NCBI GenBank assembly: GCA_904063045.1
Contig: CAJFCJ010000007.1
Span: 4,495,911-4,559,910, forward strand
DNA: 64,000 nucleotides
Direction: 5' to 3'
DNA from: Dimorphilus gyrociliatus
Lineage: Eukaryota; Animalia; Annelida
Within the stretch, counting starts at the first letter, position 1, and every line of letters begins with the position of its first letter. Positions 1-12,880 of this stretch are shown here, in pieces. Below the pieces are notes generated by a model. The model ran no database searches. It saw only the letters and a list, made by a program, of their open reading frames with translations, and was not told the origin of the DNA. A program made the position numbers and the translations under genes.

Positions 1-1735
1 ACAAAAAAAAACAACGAAAAAGAGATGTTTATGGGATATTTTTAGAATATTTTTCTACCTTTGTTTGTTCTATTTTTAATTCTTAATTTAATATTTTATA
101 CTCGAAAATTACTATGTTCCTTTATTGTCTATTTAGTCATTAATAAGGACACTTGTTTTTGGAGATAGAGTTAGTCTATTATGCTCTTTATACAATATTT
201 GTTATAGAAGAACAAATTGAAAAGAAATACATAAATGGTTTAAAAGATTGATTTTATGATATATCAGTACGTTGATTTCTATCCATTTCTTTTTCTAATC
301 TAACCTTTTAACCTTCAATGTGAACATAAAAAGGTTAATGAATTGACTGTAAATGTGTTTGACACAAGTTTAAAGACATTATCATTCAAGATAATCTTGA
401 GATACGGACAATTTTTAAAAGGTTTATTAAGAGTAGAATTATAAATTTTCTTCATTTTTGTCCTATAGATTCTTTTAAAATCAATTAATCATACAAGATA
501 TAAACAATATGAATCAGTCATCAAATTTTCTAAGCAATTCTACCTTCTTTTTCTTCTCTGTACGATTTTTAATGTTTCATATAGGCAAATCACACTCCTA
601 ACTATTCAATGTAGGGAATTTTAACGCCATCTATAATGAAAACACAAAGTAAAGACAATAGAGAAAATTATCATTTATTCTTTAACCTATGTATTGATTA
701 TTGTTATTTCTCTTCTAAAGACTACAACTTTTTGTGTTTTAATTAAAAGGTTGGTAGGTAGGCCTATTCTGTGCAAAAGTATAAAGTTACCTTATTTATA
801 TATAAGAAAGTTATAAACAATGGATAAAAAAAGAAACTAAGTAGATCACTGTTGTATTGATTGATTATAACGGACAAGCAAGTTTCCAATTATTTTCAAC
901 TCAGATAATTACGAAATAATAAGTAAGAATGTACATAGGCATAATTTTTTTTGTGAGTGTTAACCTCCCCTATCCCTCTTTAAAAAAATACAGTATAACA
1001 AAAAAAAACATTCAGTAAGTAAACGCAAACAGAATTAAATGATCAGCATACGTATTGTCTAGCAAACGATAATCGCAAGGAAACAAACGCCATTCGAGTA
1101 CACAAAAAGAAATTGATTAACTGCGACCCTTTCGTGACACTGGTATTGATATTTACATTAAATAACCTTGTACTCGACAAGAGGACATTTGTTACCTGTC
1201 GATTAATTTTGTTTATTTTAAGACTTTTACTCTTTATTTTGACAAGCTGAAGTATCTTTATACACTATTTTTTTCCTAAACATATTAAATACAGTATTTT
1301 ACATTTGTAACTATTTCTGTTACAATAAGCGAGCTTTGTAGTACAAGTAAAAAGCTTTAAACAATGCACATAGGGTAAAGATATACTCTTGAATAAATGA
1401 ATCGTTTGTATGTTACTCCCTTTTTTCCTGTCACTGCTTTTTGTCTTTTTCATTCTTTCTTTTTCTCACTCCTATAAATATTTTATTATCAAAGCATCTA
1501 AATTTATTATACTTTCTTTTATTTATACTGTAATGACGGTATAAAATTCAAAATAAAAACTAAATTGTTTCACTAAACTTCCTTATTCAGAAAACTATTG
1601 GCTAACCGCACGATTTCAGGCTTTGCAGATTTTGACGCGTATTTCTGTTCAATACGACGAGCTAACGAACTGAAAGATATAAGCACAGTTTTAGCTTTAG
1701 CTCTTCTCTTTAATAAGTTTCATGTTATAATATAT

Positions 1736-4700
1736 TTACCTGGATGAGACTTCCGGCAACTTGTAGCTTCCATCTTCCTGTTTTTCTAACATTTCCAATA
1801 CTCGGCTAATATTTCTTGTCCGCTTTCTCATTTCATCTTGAACAAATGCCATGGTTGTGTCGGGTATTGGCATTGACTCTATTCGAGCCAATAAAGAATT
1901 TAAATCATTATTTAATAAATCTAATGAGCAAGTATCCATTTTTTCGCAATTAGCCAATAATTCCAAAGTAGTATTTACATTGACATAATCGTATAATACT
2001 TTCCCAGACTTGGTCCAGCCACATATTTTTCCACCATCTTGAACAGCCTTTTCCAGTTTTTCTAATAATGACCTAACGTAATCAACTTTCGGCTTCCTTT
2101 GAAGAAAAAGTGACTTTGGCGCTACTTTCTCAACTAGTATTTTTTCGCATTCGGTATAAGCCTCAGATTTCAATAGATGCCAACATTCTGCATCAACGTC
2201 TCCCGAAACGCGGGCTTTAATTGCTTTTGCCTGGTGTAGATAACGCTCGGGCAAGTACAAACGATTCAATATAAATTCTTCTTCAGAAGTCCAATCATCT
2301 TCTCCCTTTCCCAGAGTTCCGTGACGTAGAAGAACCTCTTTTATATAACTTTCGCGGCGTCTTTCATTTTCGACGTGAGCAAGAACAAATATTGACCATT
2401 GATAGAGTCCTAAGCCTTCAAGTAGAGATGCATACGATAAATGCAAACGTTCAACAAATATTTCATCTAAATGCCTATATTCTAAACTGTAGAGTGCATG
2501 CCATAAATGCCATGCTAATCTGACGTCCAACGGGTTATTTGTATAGGAATTAGTTGATAGTATATCCGACAATTTGACGCTGGCTTTATCGCAAAAGAGT
2601 TGGAGTAATTGAAAGCGAACATCTTTTGTGGAATGGGACTTGTTTTTTCCGAGATAGTCAGGTACTGGTGGGGCGCAATATGCACCATGCTTTGTTTTTC
2701 CTTGATAAGCCTCCTCGTAAGCCTCTAAACCACTTTTGATTGTATCAGTGCTCTTGCAATAGAACCATAGATGCATGGCAAGACATCTCTTCCAGTCTAG
2801 ATTGTCGCAAACATTAATGGTGCCTCCATTTCCACTCCAAACCATACAACCTGCTAAAGTTGCATATATTTTCAGGTAATCTTCTTCAATGAATAAATCA
2901 GCTTCGGTACGTTGCCAGCAGGCTAATTGTGTCCGAACAAGCTGCTTCACTTTTTCATTAGAACAAGCCTGTGCCAAGATCAAGGCCATCTTAAGGTTTC
3001 CACATTTTATCGCCAAATTGCACGCATTCTGTAACCGTCTTGCGGTCAATTCGGAGAAAATTTTTTTCTCGGAACTGCATTCACTTAGACAGTCAACAGC
3101 GAATTGTTGTAACCATTCAGTTACGTAATCTTTTCGTAGCATTTGAATTTCGTAATCAGTTCTCATATCGTCAATATTTAAGTCAGACCAAAGAGCAACG
3201 CCTAATTTCCAAACTGATGACGAGAGTTTTAATACATTATCATCTTTTACATCTGGCAAAACATTTTGTAAATTATCAGCGTAGGAATGAAGCAAACGGC
3301 TATCCTCTCTAGGTTTCAAGTGAACCAGTCTTTCACCGTTAGTGAAATCAGTAAATTCTAAAGCTGTTTGCAACAAGCATTCCGTTCCAAAAGCTGACAT
3401 TGAATTTTCATCAATCATTTTTACCATATCAACTTTAAAAGGGGTTCCTACTAAAGCATCCTGCATATCAACTAGAGGCCGAATTAAAACGTTTGATGAC
3501 CACCCACATCGAAAAGATCGGCATAAATCATTCACAGATTTTACAATCTGAACAGATTGTTTCCAAGGGACAAACCAAGGATGTAACGAATTTGTTCTTA
3601 TTGTTGGTACAATGTTCTCATCTTCATCTCCCATTGAAGAGGGAATTAAAATTCCTTCTGGTTCTGGTTCTTCATACTCTTCATCCTTTTTAATTTCTTC
3701 AGGTTCTTCCATCAGCTCAGGTGGAGGCTCTATTGATTTTTCATACATCTTAAAATTTCCTCCAAGTCCCGTCGATTTTGGGACAATCTTCAAGGGAGTC
3801 ACTACTATTTTAAAAAGATAACAATTAATTACATTAATATTTTGAAACACTAACAATTTTAACGAAGGTTCAAAAGCAATAATTTATATAAGCTGAGAGA
3901 TAAGAGCCTACATGCTATTCACTTGTCTTTCATGAAATAAGAAATAGAAACCTTTTTCATCCGTTTGCATATTAGTCTCCTCCTCTTCATCGTCGTCGAA
4001 GAACGATGCTTTCATCATTTGAACGTCATAGGCAGATACGCCTAGGCGAACAGCCAACTGATGGCTTATAGGCAGTGTAGAACGTGGTTGAACTTCTATG
4101 TGTAAATCAATTTATTTTTATTAAAATTACAATTTTAAAATATAGAAATAAACAATCAAAAGAGCGAAGAGTAACCTTCTTCAATTTCTTCAACAATTTT
4201 CTTGGCTTCTTCTTCTGCTTTTTCTTTTTCTTTCTCACTTTTCGTTTCAACTACTTCCTTTTCTGCCACTTTCGAGCCAATAACTTCTTTTTTGTCTATC
4301 TTCAGCTTCTTATCAACAACTTCATCTGCTAGATCGTCATCATCATCAGCTAAACCGTATCTAGTGAAATGCTTAACTTCGAAGACCCAGCTACCTGTTT
4401 CTGGTCTATAGTCTAGGAATTTACCATCCATTTTTAGAGTCGCCCTTTCTAGTTTATTGGCATAGCGCATATCCATCAGTCGCTCAAAATCTTTTATAGG
4501 ACTTTGAGTCGACTTATCAATAGGCCAAACGCCATCTAAGGTAATTTGAGCTCTCTTGTTCAATCCATTGCCTACTTCTGGTTTATTTTCATCATTAGGA
4601 TAAACAGTGACTTCATGTTTTCTGAAGTGAACTAAATCATCCAAATCAAGGCCTGTTATATCTGTTTGTCCATGAAAGTAGACATTTCCATATCCATGTC

Positions 4701-7142
4701 TTCCTATAACGAAATTTTCGACAATGCATCTATTTTCACTGTCAATATTGGCAACTAAATCTTCCCATTTTGGATAGGTGTAATAATCACAGCGATTTAG
4801 CTTTAGGCCAGATGGATGAGTTGGACGGGAAAACTGAACTTCAGTTGTTTCTTCGCTCTCAGTTATGTCAAGAACTTTTCTAACTGAAGTATCTAGAACA
4901 TGCAACGATGTATTCATTGATTTTTTTTCTTCAAGTTTTTCATTTTCTTTTCCATTGGCATATGTAGACAGATCAATTGTTGAATCAGCAGGAGATTTAT
5001 TAATAGATAGATTAGGAGTAGAAACACCTCCAGGTACTTTCTTCTTGAGAACTAATTTTTTGACGTCACTTTTCTTTGAAAACACGCTTGCATTTGAAAC
5101 ATCATCTTCCTCTTCCAATCCATCAAAGAGTGAATTACCCGTTGAACTAGAATTTAGAGGTTTTGGGCGAATGCGACTGGTAGAGCGTGGAGTTGAGCGT
5201 CGTCTAGTTGGATTAAACGCTGGCGAAATAGCAGCCTTTTGTGCACTTGGATTAGTTGGTTTCAAAACTTCTTCCTTTTTCTTTGGATCCGCATTCTTTA
5301 AGTTATTAAACAATGGCGAATCACCATAAGGGTTTTGGCTTAACAACATTACTTGCTGCTGCAGCTGTTGCTGAGTATTATTTGTTGAAGCAGCCTGATT
5401 ATTGGTTACAGTATTTGTTCCAAAAGAACCTAAGCTACTATTAAATAAGGATCCACTTGTGTTTCCTGTACCAGGTGCGTTAAAATTAAAGGGTTTTGGA
5501 TTACTGTTATTATTAAATAATCCGCCAGTTGCTCCTGTTGTATTGGTGCCGAATGTACCTAAATTTGATCCAAAATTTGTTGCTGTTGACGTTTGACCAA
5601 AAGATGAACCAAATGATGGCTTCTGACCAGAGAAAAGTCCTCCAGTAGAGGTTGAGCTAGTTCCGAAACCTGAAAAGGATCCCATTAAAATCTCCGATGA
5701 GAGCAATAATGCAGTTAAACGTTTTCCACTTACCTGCTTGGGTTTGATTTTGACCAAATGAAAAACTAGATGCTGTAGTAGTTGGTTTTTGGCCAAACAG
5801 ATTGTTTTGTTGATTTCCTTGATTAAAATTGAATCCTGTGTTTGTATTTGTGCTACCAAAAAGGTTAGTTGAAGCCTGAGTGGTAGTTGTGTTAAATCCA
5901 GTTGGCTATTAAAACGAAATTATAAATGGCAACTAAAGTAACAATGAAACTATGAACCTTTGCTTGACCGAACAAGGATGTACTTGTATTTGTATTCTGT
6001 CCGCCAAACGTGAATGATGGAGCAGATGTAGTTGTTTGACCGAACAAACCTGTACTTTGACCTGTGTGGGGAATAGTTTTTTTTTTTAAGATATTCAAGG
6101 ATTTAAACAAAACATGATGCTTTACTTGTTTGCTGTGGTTGCTGTCCAAAGCTAAAACCTGATGTTGTAGGATTATCTTTTTTGCCAAACAAGCCACTGC
6201 TAGACTGGTTAGAATTAAATCCACTAAAACCTGTAGATGCAGAAGAAGAGGCAAAATTTGAGGTGTTTTGTGCACCGAAGAGAGTGCCGGGTGTGCCACC
6301 TGAGCCAGCAGATTTCCTGTTGGCTTCGTAGTCCTCTGTTCGTAGTTCTTCTAAAGATTTATTTTCATACTCTTTCATAGCGGTTATACATTGGTGTTTC
6401 GTGTTGACGCTTTGTGACACGCTTCCTTTCATCATAGTATCACTTCCGTGTGGAGGATTAAACTTGATAGTTGTTCCGCTTTGACCTCCTCCCGAAAATA
6501 TTCCTCCTGAAGTATTGTTATTGTTACCAAACAAACCACCAGATGAACTTGCCGTATTTGAAGAACCGAATAGCCCACCTCCAGTATTGTTTGATCCTCC
6601 AGTGGTACCAGTTCCTGTGTTACCGAATGCTGTTTCCATAAAAACAATTAGTAAAAAACTACTTTTTAATAGCTTATAAATATTTACAAAATCCTGTGGT
6701 TGAACCAAACATGTTGCCACTTTGATTATTGGTAGAACCAAATAATCCTCCTCCACCTGTTGAACTTGTGCCTCCAGCATTGGTCTGATTTTGAGTTCCA
6801 AAACTTCCAAATCCGGATGAGGTAGTGGTAGTGGAAAAACCGCTACTTCCTCCAAATATACCTCCACCTGAATTTGAATTATTGTTTGTACCGAAAACGG
6901 ATTTATTTTGCTGGCCAAAGGTGGAACCAGATCCAAAAGAGCCTTTTTAGTATAAGACAATTATTGATAACTCTATGGAGATTAATAAAAACTTACTCGT
7001 AGGTGTTCCAAAGCTGTTTCCTCCACCACCAAATCCACTCGTTCCTTTAAATAGCATTTTTGTGAATTTTCAACTTAAAAAATCTTCTTTACTTACCCGT
7101 GGAGCCAAACGAAAATTTGTTGGTGTTATTTGAGCCGAACAT
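1736..7142 (-). CDS. NUP98: Nup98-Nup96 nucleoporin precursor (multi-exon)
   Basis: ATG at 7142 ([15 protein letters not shown]) and FG/GLFG repeats. GLEBS motif ([25 protein letters not shown]). Autoproteolytic domain (F.VGR.GYG.V.F...; [13 protein letters not shown] at 4351-4390), then MKASFF exon (~3951-4095) and the Nup96 domain (ORF 1736-3856). GT-AG introns joined by hand keep one frame. Confidence 0.96.
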
Positions 7143-7177
7143 GATTTACGGAAGTCTCTCACTTACGTCAAGGTCGT

Positions 7178-7461
7178 CTGTAAAAACAATTTAGACCTTG
7201 TGTTTATATACTTTTGTTATTTTATTTCATATTTTCATTTAAAATTACATAACAAGACTAATGATTCATGATAAACGTGGGTTTTCATATAGCGTAAATG
7301 AAACGTTTTCGCGCGCCGAAGTGAAAGACCATTAAAACGCAGTTACAAAACAAAATTATTTCCTAATTTTCCAACAGAAATAAAAAAATTATTAGTTTAC
7401 ATGATTCTATTCATTTTTAAAGAATCTTTTCTTTAAATAAAACAATACCGGCGAACTTTAC
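7178..7461 (-). other. Probable 5' UTR intron of NUP98
   Basis: Donor AAG|GTAAAG at 7461; acceptor TTGTTTTTACAG| at 7178, 36 nt upstream of the ATG. Confidence 0.5.
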
Positions 7462-7486
7462 CTTTTGCTTGAATTTCACATCTAGC

Positions 7487-7496
7487 AAATATGGCG
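7487..7496 (+). promoter_or_regulatory. YY1-like motif (AAATATGGCG) near the presumed NUP98 TSS
   Basis: Matches the CGCCATnTT consensus on the minus strand, just upstream of the putative 5' UTR donor. Confidence 0.3.
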
Positions 7497-7859
7497 ACGT
7501 CTTGCTTTAATACGAAAGAGCTTCCAATTTTTACGATGTCCGTAGGGAATATTTCACCAATAAAATTCGAGTTTCCAGCACATTTATTTGCAATAGCGCC
7601 TTATTTTATGAAATCTTCCCTAATTCTTTAAATTCAAGTTCAGCAAATAAAATTTTTACACAGATGAAGCAACTACATTCCTAGTAGCAAATATTGTATT
7701 GATAGCAAGTATGTAAACATCGAACTATAGACGGTTGTGACAGAAATAAGAATAATCATAATAAAGTTTATGGCTACATAGTTGGAAAGTCATCAGAATG
7801 TTCATGAAACACGGTAGTCAAATAATTTCCTCAAAATAAATTTTAATATAAGAAAATAA

Positions 7860-9390
7860 TTAATTCTAATAAATTTATAGAAAAAAGTAAATAATTTGAT
7901 GTTTGATTGTATTAGAATAGTTAAAAACTTATTAAAGGTTTCTGTTGATCAACTGGCAATATATTTTCATTCTCTTTCTACATGTTAAAAGACAGCAATA
8001 GTATTAAAGAAACATTTGACTGGCTTAATTATTACCTTAAATATGTCAACAAACACATACAAATACTTTCTACATTTTTATTGACTAGTTATTAAAAGTG
8101 AACTCTGAATCTTCTCTTATGAGTATTGTGCCTCTTTTTTTCTAAAATTGACAAATTGACAATCCTGCCTTTCGATAGCTTTTCTTATATACCTCGACAC
8201 TTTCAAAGTGAATATTTTTCTACGAGTTTACCAATTCTTTCAAAAGGTAGATGTTACACGTTTCACAATTAATTAATGAATCAGGACTATTTGGATACAA
8301 TGAACATAGTTCTGTTAAACTATTATAAATTACAGCAACACAGGATGTGGCTATTTCACAAAAAAATGCACAATTAATAACTGATCGACTCTTCAACTTA
8401 TCCAGAATTGTTGGTGACGTTGAATCGAACTTCCTTTTCACCAAAACATATATTGGACTTTTCTCTATGAAATTCAACGTGATTAATTTGAATATTAAAA
8501 TATCTATAGAAATTTACCAGGTAATTCTGCTGTTGTTGTTGATGGGACGGCTGTTGTTGTTGGAGCGCTTGTCGTTTCTTTAATGACGAAACAGTAAATT
8601 AGTATAGTTAGAATATAATAAAACACAACCATAATACTCTGAGTTGTAGTTTCTTCGAAGAAAAGCTCCGACGGAGTTGTTGGTGCCATTATTGTTGTAT
8701 CTTCAGTAGTTAGAAATTGTTTTTCCTCAAAATAAACATATTTTTATAATAATTAACATCTTTTATATGTTTAAGTGCTATTATTACTTTTTGGCACATA
8801 ACACCGTTCAAATCAGAGCGATTTTGTTCAACCCAAATTCCATTGGTTACTCCTCCTTGAGATAGTTTCATTGCAAATGCTTCATCTACCTTGGGTACGT
8901 TGCCAGCAAAAAACCAATATAGCAATTTTGTTCCATCGTCGTAACGATTGCGTAATATATAGCCATCGTTTGTTTTATTCTCTGAAATGTTTAAGTGTTC
9001 TATTTATAGAAGAAGAAAGCAGAGCAAACTTACCAAAGTCTCTAACTCCCAACCAGTAACCACTTTTGATATTTGGATTTTGTATCCCTTGTAATAAAGA
9101 TTGCACGTCGGTATTTTCTATCGCCGACTTTATTCTAACCATTGTAAGTCCTTTTGCAGAACAAAACGACCTGAAAGTTAATGTACTTGTTAAAATCATT
9201 ACATCTATCTTCATATTAAACTTACAAAGTATCTTCCCACGTTTTACTTATAGATTGATTTATATAGTAGCAAAAATTTCCAAGAGGTCCTTCCCCCCAG
9301 CCAGTGGCAGTTGGACATTGGCAATCAATTTGAGGATAGAGATGACGAATTAGAAGATAAACCGAGATAAAATTTTTCATCATAATTAAC
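7860..9390 (+). repeat. 1531-bp direct segmental duplication, copy 1 (pairs with 16714-18244)
   Basis: Constant offset of 8854 bp. Seven ORFs in the track are identical at both positions; I noticed only four substitutions. Confidence 0.97.
8220..9383 (-). CDS. Secreted C-type lectin domain + Thr-rich linker + PAN/Apple domain protein, copy 1
   Basis: Signal peptide MMKNFISVYLLIRHLYPQIDC. CTLD motifs (FCYY..TWED..FC; YWLGVRD; W.......VMCQK). TTT-rich linker. PAN-like CAFFCEIATSCVAVIYNSLTELCSLY. Six exons spliced in frame by hand. Confidence 0.85.
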
Positions 9391-9505
9391 TGACTTGATG
9401 ATTTTGCTCCTCGATTGAACAATGATATTACATAGTGCTTTAAACTGTTTGCATTCATTGGATCAATAAGGATACTCTTGTTTACTTAATAATGGTTAAT
9501 ATATA

Positions 9506-10793
9506 AAGTAGTCTGCATAAAAATTGGAACGCCATAAATTTTGATAAGCTGAACACTAAAGATCTTTTTCACAAAGAAAAAAGATTTTTTATTTTATTTT
9601 TTCTGTCTTAAATATTAGATTAAACATAGATATATCTTCTAAATAGAATTTTCTTCCATAATTCCTCCTAAGAGTCGAATTGTGGACCATCATAAACAAG
9701 TTTTTTGGTGAGGTGCCACATGTTCTCAATTGGGCTGAGGTCAGGGCTCTTTGCTGGCCAATCAAGAAGGTAGATGTCATTCATCTGAAAGGCTCTTTTG
9801 TTGTCCTAGCAGTATGGCACCCAGTATTGTCTTGCTGGAAGATGTACTTCCTCCGCATTCTAGCTGATATATTTTCTATTACAGGCAGAACATCTTCACC
9901 CTGAAGTCTTTTTCACCATGATCTGTCCATGTTCTGAAGTCATCAGGGCCACTCAGTGAGAATCTAGCCTCATCGAAGAAAATTACTTTAGACCAGTCTA
10001 GATTATCACTGATCATTTTAAGACAATACATTTTTCTTCTTTTGCAATTGTTGGATGTGTGGTCATGTCTTTGTCTCACTCATTTATACTTGAAATTTTG
10101 TCTTTTCAGCTCCCTCTGAATTGTTGCTATGCTTACATCTACTTTCAATTCCTGTAAAATTTTTCCTGCTATCACCCTTTCCTTATTTATTTTCAATTTC
10201 TTTATTATTCTTTTCATCCTGCCTATGTCTCTCTCTGTAAGTCTCTTTGGACGACCCCTATTCTCCTGTTCTGGTGGATTGCATCATAGAACATTGCTAA
10301 CTGATGATGGTGCCAGCCCCAAAACCCTTGCTGTTGCTCTTAATTTTCCTATTTCCTTATATTTCCTCAGTACAAGATCCCCTAATGTCTTTACTCCACG
10401 TCATAGTTAAATAAATACAAAAAGAATTAACTAATATAATTGAAATTGACAATAATAGATAAACTTAACTTGGAGAATTGAATAAGTCAAAAAAATTTTA
10501 GTTTACAATGTTTTTTTTAATGCCAAACCAGATATCCAGTGTCTGTTCCAATAATTATGAAGCGCGGCCAAATAAAGAAAAAATTGATGAAAATTACAAA
10601 AAATATTTTACTAATAATATTCCCAAATATCATCATTTTCTCAATTTTTTTTCAATATTACGTAAATATTACTCTTTATCTATATAAATTTAGACAAAAA
10701 AAACTATTTTCATGGGAAAAAACATTTTTGACTGTTATTTTAAATTTGTCCTATCAAAATTTAGGGTGTTTCAATATTTTTGCAGATTACTAT
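9506..10793 (-). mobile_element. Decayed Tc1-like (DD34E) DNA transposon
   Basis: Imperfect ~42-bp TIRs at 9506-9547 and 10752-10793, flanked by TA. Minus-strand transposase remnants: GRPK, VIFFDEARF, FQQDN, DWPAKSPDLSPIENMW, with 34 residues between the second D and E after correcting one frameshift. Stops and an internal deletion are present. Confidence 0.9.
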
Positions 10794-11440
10794 ATATATA
10801 TATATATATTTGTATTAGTATTTATATTGAAGGCTGTTCGTAACTTTAAGACATTTTTATTGATTCCAAGAATAATCAATTGAAAGATTTAATAAACTTT
10901 TGATATTGTTTGAAAGTAGAATTTAATAATTTAATGTGCTTGTGATGTAAATAATTAAGAAAAAGATTGATTTCGGATTATTTTTCCGATAGAAATAGAA
11001 AAAATATAGATTTACATTATTTTTTTCATTTTTATAAACTTTTTCTTTAAATAAAAAGTACTGGCTAATTTTATCTTTCAAAGACAGAACCTTTACCTTG
11101 TTATGTAGCGAAAAAGTTTCCAATTTTTGTGGTGTCCAGAGGGGATATTTCAGGAATATATTTGTGAATATAGAGAATGTTGAATATATTTCGTGAAACA
11201 TACCCTATCTCATTGGCGACAAATTCCGTAAACAAAAATTTTACATAGATAAATTTTAGAAAACTATGTAAATTTCCATTATAAAAAGAACTTTAAATGT
11301 AAATTTTAAACTAAAATTTTTGGCTTTTTTTTTCTTTTACTGATGCATCATTGATTCATCAACTTGAAGAGTTTTAAAAAGAAACGTGGGCTTTAACACC
11401 GTATATCCTTATTATCGCTCAGTCTTGAATTTTTGGAAAT

Positions 11441-12845
11441 ATGTACTCGAATCTTTCCATTCCGCCAAGGTCTACTGGAAGAAAGAAGCTTGCAGACAGC
11501 GACGAATTACGATTAAACATGAGAAGATCTAGAGATGACGATGAACTTAGTAGCGATGATGGTTAATTTAAAGAAAATTTTCCAAAATATTTTCATAGGA
11601 TTAATTAATGCTTTACTTTATAGAGCTGTTGCAAGGATTCAATTCAACAACCAAAGGAAAAAGTCGATCACCTTACGATGATAGAAGAGGATCGCCGCTC
11701 AGCGTTCAAAATAAGCGCAATTCGTCTAAAAACGCACGCAGTAGTTATTTAGACAAAGGTGATGAAGATGATAGTCTTGGAGGAGGCGTTTTAAATATGA
11801 CTATGAAACAGCCATTAAATAGAAATTTCCTAAAAAGTAGTGGTCGTAAATCACCTACTGGAGATTTGTAAGTCTATATGCCTTTTCATATTTCTGGTGT
11901 ATTAAATATTTTAAGAAGATTATTTAATTGAAATTTAATAGCATCTCTTTTTTTTTCTTTTACTGTATATACAGTATATATGTATATCATATTTATTTAT
12001 TTTTTGATATTTAAGCTCCAAAACGAAAGATTTAGGTAGATGGCAACCACCAAGTTTTTCTGATAGAAATAAAGAAAAAGGTAACTAATATATTGATATA
12101 TAAAATGTAAAATTTGGTTAAATAAACCAAAATAGCAACAATACGTGTGTGTAAATAAGACATTTTAAAAATATATATGCCAATATCTATATCTATATAT
12201 GAATTGATCGATTTTTTTGAAATGATAGATATTTTGCTAAGATTTATTAATCTCTTTGCTTTTAAGCTTTATATACCGTATATACTTTATATTTATTAAA
12301 GAAAAAACAGACCAATAAGTCATAGGATAAACTTAATCAGACCTACAATTTCTCTGATCTCTTATTATATTATATATGTATTTAGACAGGGAAAGGGCAT
12401 CACCGAAATTTGATGATAATTTTGATAGAGGTTAGCAAAAATAATTTATATACAGTATTTATTCTTCACTATTTTTATTTAATTTATTTAAAAAGATAAA
12501 CGTCGAAGAACACCAACAGCTTTAGACTCTTTAGCTGAATCTCCAGTACCAACTCCCAGAAATAGATATAGTCCGAAACCACTAGAAAGGTATATTTTAA
12601 TTATTATAAAATTATAATTTTATGTTATTTATGCTAATTTTAACTTATATATCATGCTTTTTCATTTTAATAATTTTTTCCCTATCTGCTTTACGTTTTA
12701 TTTCTTTTTGTCGTGTTTAACATTTTTCTTCGACAAATCGTCATTGCTACAGAAAATCAAAATATTCAAAATCAAAATCGCAGCCTCAGCCTTCTCCAAG
12801 AAGTGTCAAATCACGAAGGTTTCTTTTCATTTAACATTTTTACTC

Positions 12846-12880
<35 letters not shown>

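Noticed and set aside
1265-1453. 62-aa minus-strand ORF downstream of NUP98
   Set aside because: No recognisable motif and no consistent splice partner; possibly part of a gene leaving the window, but unsupported.
2889-5596. Plus-strand ORFs antisense to NUP98 (e.g. 4865-5329)
   Set aside because: Shadow frames of the true coding strand.
7491-7631. 46-codon ORF starting ATGGCGACG
   Set aside because: Short, no domain; better explained by a YY1-like motif and the diverged repeat at 7513.
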